Position numbers and translations under genes: made by a program. A stretch of 64,000 bases of DNA from an uncultured Eubacteriales bacterium (GTDB lineage Bacteria > Bacillota > Clostridia > Oscillospirales > Acutalibacteraceae), in assembly GCA_964612185.1 (NCBI GenBank), contig CAZTCR010000003.1, forward strand, positions 56,970 to 120,969. Direction: 5' to 3'. Of this stretch, positions 44,201-56,300 are shown piece after piece (within the stretch, counting starts at the first letter, position 1; each line of letters begins with the position of its first letter). Below the pieces are notes generated by a model. It was not told the DNA's origin. It was given only the letters and a program-made list of their open reading frames with translations, and did no database searches.

Positions 44201-45040
44201 ATGAATGATATCATCCGGGATGCTGCCAAAAACGGCCTGCTTATCGCCGCGCACCGGGGCGTGGCCGGCGGCAACATCCCCTGCAACTCTATGGCATCCT
44301 ACGAAACCGCGCTGGTGCAAGGCGCGGATATACTGGAAATTGACATTACAAAAAGCCGGGACGGCGAACTCTTCGTTTTCCACCCCGGGCTGGAAGCGGC
44401 ACATTTGCGCAGCGACAAACGCATCCCCGAACTGACCGTACCGGAAGTCCGGCAACTGCGCTACTGCAACGGCGACGGCACCGCGACAACGCAGGGTGTC
44501 AGCACGCTTGATGAAATCTTCGAGGCGTTCGGGCAGCGGTGCTTTATCAACCTTGACAAATTCTGGGATAATATTGCCGACATTACCGCCTGCGTGCGCC
44601 TGCACAAACTGCAGGACCGGGTAATTGCCAAATCCTTCCCCGCGGACGAATGTATTGATGTGCTGGAACAGGCGGCGCCGGACATCCCCTACCTGCCGTT
44701 TGTCTGGAACGAGGATGACTGCACGCAGGACCTGCTCAAAAGAAACATCCGCTTAATCGGCATTGAAGCGCACTTCGGCGATGATGACAGCGAAGTGGCG
44801 AGCGCAGAATTTCTTCATAAAATGCACCGGCAAAACCTGATTGTCTGGGCCAATGCCATTGTGTTCAATTACAAAACGGTTGAATCCGCCGGACACACGG
44901 ACGACATCTCCGTCACCGGCAACCCGGATGCCGGCTGGGGCTGGCTGGCGAAAAGGGGTTTTGACATCCTGCAAACCGACTGGGTGCTGCCGATGAAGAG
45001 TTATCTTGAAAAAAACGGTCTGATGCATCAAAACCGCTGA
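44201..45040 (+). CDS. Glycerophosphodiester phosphodiesterase (GDPD) family protein
   Basis: LIAAHRGVAGGNIPCNS and ADILEIDITKSRDGELFVFH. The start was moved to ATG 44201 (RBS GGGAGGG). Confidence 0.75.
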   Translation: MNDIIRDAAKNGLLIAAHRGVAGGNIPCNSMASYETALVQGADILEIDITKSRDGELFVFHPGLEAAHLRSDKRIPELTVPEVRQLRYCNGDGTATTQGVSTLDEIFEAFGQRCFINLDKFWDNIADITACVRLHKLQDRVIAKSFPADECIDVLEQAAPDIPYLPFVWNEDDCTQDLLKRNIRLIGIEAHFGDDDSEVASAEFLHKMHRQNLIVWANAIVFNYKTVESAGHTDDISVTGNPDAGWGWLAKRGFDILQTDWVLPMKSYLEKNGLMHQNR

Positions 45041-45105
45041 CGAAAGATAAAAGAGGCTGTCCGAAAGGCGGGCGCTCATAAGACAGTAATATTGTTTTCA
45101 GGCAC

Positions 45106-47228
<2,123 letters not shown>

Positions 47229-47232
<4 letters not shown>

Positions 47233-48728
47233 CGTTCATATTCGTGTTTCTTGGTCTGCGTCCGCTGCGGCTGCGTGGCTCTCTCCACAATGTCAACGCA
47301 CTTACGGATATTTTGAAGCTCGACAACCTCTACGCGGGTGTCTTTCAGCGTTGCATAATTGGCTTGGCTCTGTGCGGATAGGGCGGCATATTCCTTTTCC
47401 CATGCTGGGATAGGCAGGGACTTCACACCCTCCGGCAAACGTGCGTGTAAAAACCTGCTTGCGGCGTTCCAGATAGTAAGCTCGGCACGGTAGGCTTCGG
47501 CGTATTTCTCTTGCTTACCTTTCCATTTGATTTGCTTGTACGCATCCTGTATGGGCTTGTTGGCGATATATTTTTTGCCGTTGTCAATGAGCTGCTGCAA
47601 TTCTTTCATACGTGCTTCGGCGGCTCTCATACCGCTGCGGATAGTGTCGGATTTATCGCTGACAGAGGAAAGGGCAGCGTCCAGCTCCGCAAGGGTGATA
47701 ATGCCATGCGCGGCAAGATAATTTACCGCCTGTGATACGGTTCTCAGTTCATCGGCGGCGTGCTTTTGCTGCCAGCCCTGCGAATATTTCCGGCTCTTTT
47801 CTCTCTGAACGCTCAAATACTCCATGAGCAGCTTTGCAAGGTCGGGGGATTTGGGCGGCTGCGGTTTCTCCGGGGCGGCTTCCTTTGCCTTGAATAGTTC
47901 AGAAACCCATGCTTTGAGGTCGGCAATCTTCGCCTTAATTTCCCGCATAAGGCGGTTGGTCTTTTGGATTGTTCTGTTCAGCTCGCCGCGCTCTGTGGGT
48001 ATTCCTTTCTTCTCCATCTGCGACGCCGCCACGCCCACATGGACGGTGGGGATTTGGTCTGTCCCTTGCCGTTCAAAGCTGCGGTGGTCGATACGCTCCG
48101 GGCGGTTGGCTCGTTCAAGGTAGGCGTTGGCGAGGTCAGCCCACGCCGCCCGCCATAGCTCGGCGTTGTCTTGGTTGTTCCACCCGGCAAGGTCAACCTT
48201 GCGGGTCTTGTAGCTGCCGCTTGGCAGGCGTATGCGCTCGCCGTTTTCGTCAAGGACATATTCCTTTTTTGACTTCGCCGCCCATGCGCCACGCTCGTCC
48301 ATCGGGCGCATGGTCAAGAGGATATGGGCGTGTGGGTTGCCGCTGTCGGTGTCATGGATTGCAAAGTCGGCAACCACGCCCTTGGAAACAAATTGAGAAG
48401 AACAGTATTCCCGAACAAGGCGGGTCTGTTCCTCTCGTGATAGCTCAACGGGCAGGGCAACTTCAATGTCGCGGGCAAGCTGTGCGTTGCAGGATTTCTC
48501 GTAAAGCTCCACGCTGTTCCAAAGTGTTGAACGGTCAGAGAAAGAGGGCGGGGCGTGTTCCGGCAAGAGGATTTCAGAATGGATAACGCCGCCCTTGCGG
48601 GTGTAGTCGTGGGTCATTCCGTCCCACTCGTTTATGAGCTTTTCGCCGCTTCGGTAGGCGGCTGCGGCAACGGCTGATTTGCCCTTGCCCCTGCTGACTA
48701 TCTTCATGCTGCAATGGTAAATGGCTAT
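47229..48728 (-). CDS. MobA/MobL-family relaxase
   Basis: AIYHCSMKIVSRGKGKSAVAAAAYRSGEKL and NPHAHILLTMRP. The canonical MAIYH start position holds ATA (48728-48726), preceded by GGAGGTGA at an 8-nt spacing. The next ATG is 48707. The upstream in-frame extension to 48950 is judged non-coding. Confidence 0.8.
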
Positions 48729-48822
48729 GGGTATCACCTCCGATTGGGGATAAATAAGACCCCATGAAAGTGAACAGCTTGCAACGCAAGGTGTTTGCTT
48801 TCGTGGGGTGTGCGAAAGGGTA

Positions 48823-48877
48823 GACGCGCAAGCGTCGCAGGGAAGTTGCAGACTTCCCTGTATGCGGCGCAAGCCGC
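48823..48877 (-). other. Candidate oriT: three consecutive hairpins upstream of the relaxase
   Basis: GACGC-gcaa-GCGTC (48823-48836), CAGGGAAGT-tgcag-ACTTCCCTG (48838-48860) and GCGGC-gcaa-GCCGC (48864-48877). Confidence 0.4.
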
Positions 48878-48955
48878 CAATGCTACATGCAATGGCTTCC
48901 AGAGGACGCACAGCACCCGTTAGGGTGTATAAGTGCGCCCTTGTGTCCAAGGGTA

Positions 48956-49252
48956 TTATTCCGGCGTTCCGGCTTCGGCTCGTTTTCTCAAAAGCTCCCG
49001 CGCTTCCTCGCTGTGCAGGGCATGATAAAGGAAGTCCTTTGCTTCCTCGTCGGTCATGTCTCGTATCTCCGGTGCGGTACTGTCCACAAAGCCGCCGTAA
49101 AGGAAAATGCGGTGGTTGCGCTCCCTGCGTGTTTCGGCGGCAATCTGTTTGTCCAATATCTTGTTCCTGTTGGTAAGCTGCCGGATTTCATTTTCGGTTT
49201 TTCTGATTTCGTCGTTGCAGCCCTCAATGGTTTTGGGTAATGGTTTCGTCAT
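48956..49252 (-). CDS. DUF3847-like mobilisation accessory protein
   Basis: The start was moved to ATG 49252 (RBS GGAGG). A coiled-coil N-terminus is followed by RNHRIFLYGG. It sits directly upstream of a MobA/MobL gene, as is usual for this family. Confidence 0.65.
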   Translation of the reverse strand: MTKPLPKTIEGCNDEIRKTENEIRQLTNRNKILDKQIAAETRRERNHRIFLYGGFVDSTAPEIRDMTDEEAKDFLYHALHSEEARELLRKRAEAGTPE

Positions 49253-49339
49253 GGGATCGACCTCCTTTTGATTTTGGGTAAAAGAAAAGCGCAACCGATT
49301 TTGTAAGTCGATTGCGCTTTTAGTAGGTGGTTCAGTTAA

Positions 49340-49756
49340 TCAGGCGTATCCGTAGGTTAGCAAAACCCACTCGCCATTTGCTTCTCTCGCAAGATACCAT
49401 GACCATGTATATATTTCATCCGCTTCCCAAGCGCCGCCGCCGTTTTTAGGAGAACGAAAGGACGAGTCAAAAACAATACACTCGGTAAAATCCGAATCCT
49501 CGTCAAGCGTATTACAGTATTCAATATTGTCATTGCTCTTTTTATCACCGGCGTATGTTAGTGAATTAAGAATACAGCCGTCAAACTCGGAAAACTTATC
49601 AAGTACGACTTTTGCAGCGCCATCAATGTCATCATGGGTGTAAGATGTTGATTCGCCATAATCAATGGTTACATCATTTGCTTTACCTCCGCAAGCACAT
49701 AACGACAGTGCCAGCGCAAAGATTAGAAGTATAAAGTACAGTTTCTTCATTATCAA
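49340..49756 (-). CDS. Small lipoprotein, function unknown (element cargo)
   Basis: Signal peptide/lipobox LIFALALSLCACGG. 138 aa. Confidence 0.6.
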   Translation of the reverse strand: MIMKKLYFILLIFALALSLCACGGKANDVTIDYGESTSYTHDDIDGAAKVVLDKFSEFDGCILNSLTYAGDKKSNDNIEYCNTLDEDSDFTECIVFDSSFRSPKNGGGAWEADEIYTWSWYLAREANGEWVLLTYGYA

Positions 49757-49824
49757 ATTCCTTTCATTGTCAATTTTCTTGTTGAGTTTAGCAGCACCAA
49801 CATATCAGCTATTTGCAGGCTAAC

Positions 49825-50682
49825 TTATCGCGAGATAGACACATCTGCGTAATAGGACAGCCCCCATTCAAGATAGTTTATCGACGGATAATAGCTTAGG
49901 TGATTTGTAACAACGCCGCTTGTCGTTTCAATTCTTATCTCTATCATATTTTCAGCAAGCTCTCTACTCATCGTCCGTTGCTCATCTTCGGTCAAACCGC
50001 CATATATCGCCGCTTGATAATCGTCATTTCCTATGGAGTGAGCATTTTTTATTTCATCAAAAACTGCTTGGATTTCCAAAGTGTCGCTTATAGTGTCGTT
50101 GCCGATGATAACCCTTTTTATGTCATCAGCAGCGTCAATCCCATAGACAGCAAACAATTCAGTAGCTTCTTCATGTGAGTTAGAATCAAAGTGAACATAA
50201 TTGCAAAACCGCACAAAAGAATAGTTCGCCCCGTCTTGGATAATATAAACCGCTCGGCAAGCGCGCCCATCAGAGGTTGCTATATTTTCATACGGCAGAT
50301 ATTGAAACAAATCTTCTGTGGATTTTTCGCTGCTATCTGTCCCGCTTCCCATGTTCCGTCCCACAATGTCCGATGTAATTTCATGGGGAAGATTATATCT
50401 GTCAAGAAGCTCCGTATCTGACATATCGAGCTTCTCATAATATGCACCATTATACTCGATAACATTGAGAGGACGCAACGGGTCTTTGATTTGTCCTCCA
50501 TGCGATCCGACGAGATTTGTAATATATGGAATGCCGATAGCTAAGACCAAGGTAAGGCAAGCAGCAACCGCGCCCCATTTCACCCAATTACTTTTCCTGC
50601 GCTTCGGCTGGTAATTTGCTGCTTCCACATAGTATTTATCATCAACTTCGCTCATTGCTTCGGAAAACTTTTTCGTGTTCAT
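49825..50682 (-). CDS. Single-pass membrane protein, putative anti-sigma factor (element cargo)
   Basis: The short cytoplasmic N-terminus is followed by TM helix WGAVAACLTLVLAIGIPY. The start overlaps the sigma-factor stop as ATGA. Confidence 0.5.
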   Translation of the reverse strand: MNTKKFSEAMSEVDDKYYVEAANYQPKRRKSNWVKWGAVAACLTLVLAIGIPYITNLVGSHGGQIKDPLRPLNVIEYNGAYYEKLDMSDTELLDRYNLPHEITSDIVGRNMGSGTDSSEKSTEDLFQYLPYENIATSDGRACRAVYIIQDGANYSFVRFCNYVHFDSNSHEEATELFAVYGIDAADDIKRVIIGNDTISDTLEIQAVFDEIKNAHSIGNDDYQAAIYGGLTEDEQRTMSRELAENMIEIRIETTSGVVTNHLSYYPSINYLEWGLSYYADVSISR

Positions 50683-51236
50683 ACGAATACCTCTCTTTCA
50701 ACTAAGTATAGTTTCATCCTCTGGCGGATACGGGAAAGCCGGACTGACACATTCTTTTCGGTAAGCCCCACTCGCTTTGCTATGTCGGCGTAAGGCTCGG
50801 AATATGCGTAACGCAACATAAAGACAACTCGACTTTCGGCGGTTAAGGTTTCCAAGAAATCTTCAATGATACGGGCTAATTCTCTTGCTTCAATCTCATC
50901 TTCTACGGTGTTCGGTGATGATAAAGTAACTTCCAATTCGTTCATGGCAATCGTATAAGAGCTGCTTCTCTTTGCCGCTTCTTTTCGGTAATAGAGCTTA
51001 AAGGAAATGTTCCGAATGATTTTGCAAATATAGGCTTGCAGGGGGTTAGGTTTAGCCGGGGGAATTGCGTTCCATGCACCAAGGTATGCGTCGTTCACAC
51101 ATTCTTCTGCGTCAGCGTGATTGCCTAGTATGTTGCGAGAGAGATTGTGGCATAGTTTGCCGTACTTAATATCAAGCTCTCCTATGGCTTGCTCTGAACG
51201 CGCAAAGAACAGTTCAATGATTTTTTCATCATCCAT
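50679..51236 (-). CDS. Sigma-70 family (ECF-like) RNA polymerase sigma factor (element cargo)
   Basis: Region 2 is DAEECVNDAYLGAWN, and region 4 is VFMLRYAYSEPYADIAKRVGLTEKNVSVRLSRIRQ. ATG 51236 follows GGAGG at an 8-nt spacing. Confidence 0.8.
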   Translation of the reverse strand: MDDEKIIELFFARSEQAIGELDIKYGKLCHNLSRNILGNHADAEECVNDAYLGAWNAIPPAKPNPLQAYICKIIRNISFKLYYRKEAAKRSSSYTIAMNELEVTLSSPNTVEDEIEARELARIIEDFLETLTAESRVVFMLRYAYSEPYADIAKRVGLTEKNVSVRLSRIRQRMKLYLVEREVFV

Positions 51237-51314
51237 CGGCACTACCTCCTTTCACCCATATACTACGGATTCAGACGAAATCACTACATGATAGCCGCAA
51301 GTTTTTCAAAAAAA

Positions 51315-51629
51315 TTATATCACACTTCTGTGAACATTTCGCGTTAAGTTTCCGGAATGTGCTTTCGCCTGTTCACTTGCCGCCCTGCGGCGTTCCTCGC
51401 TGTATGGGGCGGTCAGACGGATAGAAAAGCGTCCCTTGACGGTTTCAAAGCTCATGCAGCCCGTTTCGCTGTCCTCGTCGGTCTGCTTGCATAGGTCGGG
51501 GAAGCGGTGGGCGTATGCGGTCAGACGGTTTTTAAGGTCGGTGTTGTGAGTGCGTATCTCAATGGCGGGGCTGGCCTCGTCAAAGACGATTTCGGTGGTC
51601 TTGTCGCGCTTGTGTAAGCCTGTTTTCAT
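51315..51629 (-). CDS. Hypothetical protein (element-associated)
   Basis: 104-aa ORF in the co-directional element gene array. No recognisable motif. Confidence 0.45.
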   Translation of the reverse strand: MKTGLHKRDKTTEIVFDEASPAIEIRTHNTDLKNRLTAYAHRFPDLCKQTDEDSETGCMSFETVKGRFSIRLTAPYSEERRRAASEQAKAHSGNLTRNVHRSVI

Positions 51630-51804
51630 TTTCTGTCCTTTCTACGCTCCTGTTACGCAATGGGGGTGTTTTTCGGCTGTTTTCTCCTGCTCTTGACCCC
51701 CGAAAAACGGCGATTTTCAAATGGAAATGCACTGGATGAACAGTTCATCGTCTGACACGCCCCAATCGAAAAATGCGCTTTTTTACGGCTCTTGACCTTG
51801 ATTT

Positions 51805-52005
51805 TTACTTTGGCCTGTTGGTGTGATTTTTCAGCCATTCCAACAGGTCATTTTTTATTACCAGCTTGCGCCCGCCAATCTTTAATGTGGGAAAATCCGG
51901 GCTGTTCAAAAGGTTATACGCTCCCGCCCTTGAAAGGTGGAGCGACGCTGCAAGCTGCATCACATTCATTACATCGGGTAGTTCTTCAAACGGCTCTTTG
52001 CTCAT
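51805..52005 (-). CDS. Excisionase-type (MerR-like) HTH DNA-binding protein
   Basis: The start was moved to ATG 52005 (RBS AAAGGAG). VMNVMQLAASLHLSRAGAYNLLNSPDFPTLKIGGRKLVIKNDLLEWL is typical of Xis/HTH_17 proteins. Confidence 0.65.
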   Translation of the reverse strand: MSKEPFEELPDVMNVMQLAASLHLSRAGAYNLLNSPDFPTLKIGGRKLVIKNDLLEWLKNHTNRPK

Positions 52006-52078
52006 GTCCTGCCTGCTCCTTTCCGCACAAAAAAGCAGCCACGATTTTTTTCGTGACTGCTCCTGCTGCGCTATTCCA

Positions 52079-53044
52079 TTATTTGTTGTCAGGTTTCTTT
52101 TCGGATAAGCTGTCAATATACTTTGTATACTCTGCACCGACAAAATCCTTGTACTTGTCAGATAGTTTGTTGATGTGCTTGGATACTGCGCTGGCAGTTT
52201 TGAAGCCAACCTTGTCAGCAATCTCCTGTTGCGTGCAGCCCGCCATCCGCATCCGTAAAATCTCTTTGTCCTGCTCGGTCAGCTTCGCCCGAAACTGTTC
52301 AAGCTGCACTTCGGACAGTATCTTGCTCTCAAACTCTGCGCTTGGATCGGGTATCTCCGTCAGCAATTCATTATCCAGCACACTGCCGTTTTCTTGTATC
52401 TGTTCGAGGGATAGGGGCTTGCTTTTTCTGTCGTGATGCCATTTCCTCAGGAAGTCGGTCTTAACAACGCTGTTGCGATTATCGTAGTCGGCAACCTGTC
52501 TGTTCTCCCATATCTCATCAATGAGTGGCTGCCAATTTTCCTCCGCAATAATCATATCTGTAAGATTGCCGACAAGGTTTCCGAACTGCTGATAGGTGAG
52601 CCACGGCACTTCCATGCCCAGCGGAATGTTGTAAAGACTTTGGAAAGACAATCCGTTGGTTTCAAACTTCATCCTCATATAGGGGATGAGGTTGTACGAC
52701 ATTCGCCACAAAGGGAAATCACCTGAATACTGCGCCCTGCTGCCGGGTATCTCCCGATAATTGCCGTCCTTGTCCGGCACATTGAAAAACTGCCACGCTA
52801 CCCATGAATAGCTGTCCCACACCATTTCAAGAAAGGTGTCGGAATTGATAAGCTCGTCGTATTTATCCGTCCGCAGCACTTCATAGGGGCGGCGGGGTAT
52901 GTTCATATAAGCAGGGCGCTTACTAACGAACTCCTGCGGCAAGCTGTAAAAGAGCGTCAGCCACGACTTATAGCTGTCCTGCGGTATCTCAATGATTTCA
53001 CCGGGCAGAACCACGATAAAACCTTTTGGGTCTTGCTTCGCCAT
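52079..53044 (-). CDS. Element regulatory protein with C-terminal sigma-70 region-4-like HTH
   Basis: LTEQDKEILRMRMAGCTQQEIADKVGFKTASAVSKHINKL. RBS GGAGGTGA. Confidence 0.6.
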   Translation of the reverse strand: MAKQDPKGFIVVLPGEIIEIPQDSYKSWLTLFYSLPQEFVSKRPAYMNIPRRPYEVLRTDKYDELINSDTFLEMVWDSYSWVAWQFFNVPDKDGNYREIPGSRAQYSGDFPLWRMSYNLIPYMRMKFETNGLSFQSLYNIPLGMEVPWLTYQQFGNLVGNLTDMIIAEENWQPLIDEIWENRQVADYDNRNSVVKTDFLRKWHHDRKSKPLSLEQIQENGSVLDNELLTEIPDPSAEFESKILSEVQLEQFRAKLTEQDKEILRMRMAGCTQQEIADKVGFKTASAVSKHINKLSDKYKDFVGAEYTKYIDSLSEKKPDNK

Positions 53045-53131
53045 TGCGTCACCTCCAATCGTTCCAATTAACCCCTCTACTATACATGGCGCGAGAAAGG
53101 CTGCTTTGTTCCAATCTTTCCAAACTTTTTG

Positions 53132-53152
53132 GAGATTTTTTGAAAAAATCTC
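53132..53152. promoter_or_regulatory. Perfect 21-bp palindrome upstream of the element regulatory gene
   Basis: GAGATTTTTT-g-AAAAAATCTC, about 90 bp upstream of the start at 53044. Confidence 0.3.
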
Positions 53153-53230
53153 GGATAGGAAAGGAATGGATAGATTTTGAGATAATTATAGCTGAAAGAC
53201 GCTGTTTTGTCTAATGAGTTTATAATGGGC

Positions 53231-53274
53231 AAAAGAATAGGCGGTACTCGGTTATCCCGAATACCGCCTATTCT
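53231..53274 (-). terminator. Long hairpin (13-bp stem plus inner 4-bp extension) with short T-run on the minus strand
   Basis: AGAATAGGCGGTA...TACCGCCTATTCT. The minus strand continues TTTTG. It lies about 110 nt downstream of the LRR gene stop. Confidence 0.4.
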
Positions 53275-53385
53275 CGACCAATCCCGCCTGACAGATGCCC
53301 ATAATTGTAATTTTTGTTGGATTACTGTTTTACGGACACCTATCTAACCGGGCAGCCTCCTTTTTTTCTTAAAGATTTTAATTTG

Positions 53386-56300
53386 TTATGCCAGACCCGT
53401 TACCTGATCGACTGTAATAATATAGTTTTCGGCATCAACGATTTTGCCGGCATCCAGGCTGTCCACACTGCCGTCACCGTTCAAATCCCCTGCTTTGATA
53501 TATAGGGCATCGTCCGCCGGGACCCACGGTTCCAAATAGTTTTCAAAATCAACGGCTTTTCCCGCGTCCATGCTGTCAATACTGCCGTCGCCGTTCAAAT
53601 CGCCGAAGATGATGATGGTGAATATCTGCACCGCCAGCCCTGTTATATTATCAATTACTTTCACCTGTGTCCCGGTGCCGAAGCCGCCGGACGGCAAGGT
53701 ATATTCCAGCCGGCCGTTGCCGGTTATGGCAATATAACCGCTTTCAAACTCAGCCTGCGTGATTCCGGATGCGAGACCGTAAATATAATTGCTCTGTGTG
53801 TTGATGATTGTTGCTGCGCCGCTGAACGGGGATATAGCCGGTATCCTGCTCCAAACCGCATAGAGTGTTATATTATCCGGCGGCATCGTGAAGTTTGCAA
53901 AAGCCTCCGTCGCCGTAGGAGACGGTGCCCAGCCTAAATAGTGATAACCTGTCCGGGTGATATCGCCCTGCGGAGGTATTATCACTTCATCACCGTCTAA
54001 ACCGCTTTGCGGTGCCGGCACGGTACCTGTCCCGCCGTTGAGGCTGAAGGTTACGGTTACGAAAACTCTATAGTTGAGATGGTTGTTTTCGGCATACAGC
54101 ATTGCGCGCGATCTTGGGTAGACATACAGCGTCAAACCGGGGCAGCCCCGGAATGCGTTGGTTCCGATATCCCGCACGCTTGCCGGGATAATTACGGTTG
54201 TCAGCCCTGAGCAGCCGTCAAACGCTCCGCCGCCGATGGTCAGCATCCCGTCCGGAATGGTCATGGAGGTGATTCCAGTCATATTCCGGAAAGCCGCTTC
54301 ACCGATATTTTTTACCGGATAACCGCCAAGCGCCGCCGGTATTTCCTGTTCGCCGCTAATCGCTGTATTCGTGCCGGTTACTGTCGCAATGGATTCTTTA
54401 ACCGTATAACTGAACACAGTTGTCCATTGTGCCACATAGGTGACAGGTTCTTCCGGCACGGTTGCCGGCAACGCCGGCGACCAGCCGTTGAAAACAAAAC
54501 TGGACCGGGTAACTGTCGGCGCTGAAAGTGCCGAGCCGATAGCCATCGCCGTGCTTGTGCCCCCGCTGCCGCCGTTGGCGTCAAAGGTAATCTTAACCAC
54601 CAGGGTGTGCGGAATATCGTTTGCGGCGGCATATACATGCCCGTAGGAATCCGGATAGCAGCAGTAGGTCATTGCCGTGCAGTTGTTGAACGCCTGTGCG
54701 CCGATAGCGGTGACGCTTTGGGGGATAACGGTACGGCCAAGCCCCGTGCAGCCGGAAAAGGCGTTAGCACCGATGGTTGTCAGGGTTTCCGGCAGGTCAA
54801 CGGCGGTAAGCCCTGTACAGCCGGAAAAAGCGCCTCCCGCGATACCCAGCGTCCCTGTGCTAACCGTTACGGTTGTGCCGGCAGGCATGGTGCCTTTATA
54901 CCGGTAAAACACACTGCCGATCGTAACCGGGCCGTCCGGCTTGGCGTTCATCCAGGCGGTGTTGGCAAAAGCAGCGCCGCCTATACCCGCAAGCGATGTG
55001 GGAACGGTGATGGAAGCGAGCGCCGTACAGTCCTGAAACGCCTGGTTGCCGATGCTGGTGACACCTGCCGGAATTGTCACGGCGGTCAAACCCGTGCAGC
55101 CCATAAAAGCGCGGGCGTCAATAAAGGTAACACTTGCCGGGATTGTGATGCCTGTTATGCCGGTACAGTTTTGGAATGCCTGATAACCAATACCCGTCAC
55201 CGGGCACCCTTCGAATTCGTCCGGAATAATTACTGCCCCGGTTACTCCCGTATTACAGCCGGTAATCGTCACTTCCCCGCCCGATATGGTGTAGGAATAA
55301 ATTGGCACCCATTGGGCGATGTAGGTTGCATCCCCCAACGGGACATTCATAGGAACCGATGGCACCCACCCGTTAAAAAGATACAGCTCCCGCGTGACGA
55401 CAGGCGGCACAAGCGCGGCACCCCAGCTCATCAGGGTTGATTTCCCCCCGATGCCTCCGTTCGCGTCAAAGGTGATGGTGTATTTGTTGACGGTCCACTG
55501 CGCGTAATATGTTATATTCTCCGCAGGTGTGGCGGGAGGGACGGCAGGTGCCCAACCCGTTAAGGTATAGCCGATTTTTGTAACCGCCGGTGCAGTTAAG
55601 GCTGTGCCGCAATTTTGGGTGACAATGGTGCCGCCCATGCCGCCGTTGGCATCAAATTCGATGGTAAAAGGCGCGATATAGAGGTAGGGTATGCTGTTGT
55701 TATAGGCATAATACTCGGCTTCGGAATCGATATTGCAGTATACCGTAACATTCAAGCTGTTGTTGAATATATTCGTGCCGAATGTCACAACAGAGTCGGG
55801 AATGGTTACGGCAATTAAGTTTTGGCAAGTGCTGAATGCCTGCCTGCCCAAAGTGTGAACTGTGTTCGGAATCTCGACAACGGTTAAACCATGACAGAAT
55901 AAAAATGCGCTTTCTCCGATTGTTTGCAAGCCGTTGGGTAATGTCAAATTCGATAATCTTGTGCAGTCCTGGAAAGCGCCGATACCGATTGCCCCAACAC
56001 CCGACGGGATGGTTACGCTTGTCAGATAAGGGCAGTTGCAAAAGGCCTGCTCCGATATCTCGGTGAGGCTGTCGGAGAGGGTCAAACTGTTTAAGAGCGT
56101 GCAGCTATAAAAAGCGCCTTTCCCGATGCTCGTCACGCTGTTTGGTATAACGAGGCTTCGAATCCAGTAACAGCCCATAAACGCGTATTCGCCGATTGTT
56201 TCTACTGTAGCGGGAAAGGTGACCGCCTGCAGCCAGTCGCAGCCATTGAACGCATGGTCACCGATGCTTTTTAAGCCGCTTGGCAGGGTAACATTCCTTA

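Noticed and set aside
45079-45090. Treating the 11-of-12 inverted match (45079-45090 / 53321-53332) as proven element termini
   Set aside because: A short AT-rich match between two intergenic stretches of roughly 80 and 340 nt could arise by chance. The hairpin at 53231-53274 could equally be the host gene terminator, which would place the right end further left. The ends are therefore reported only as approximate.
48729-48950. In-frame 74-codon N-terminal extension of the relaxase ORF (track start 48950)
   Set aside because: The start codon is TTG with no RBS and lies immediately after the upstream gene stop. The translation is Cys-rich and unlike relaxase N-termini. The DNA is packed with hairpins and is better explained as an oriT/leader region.
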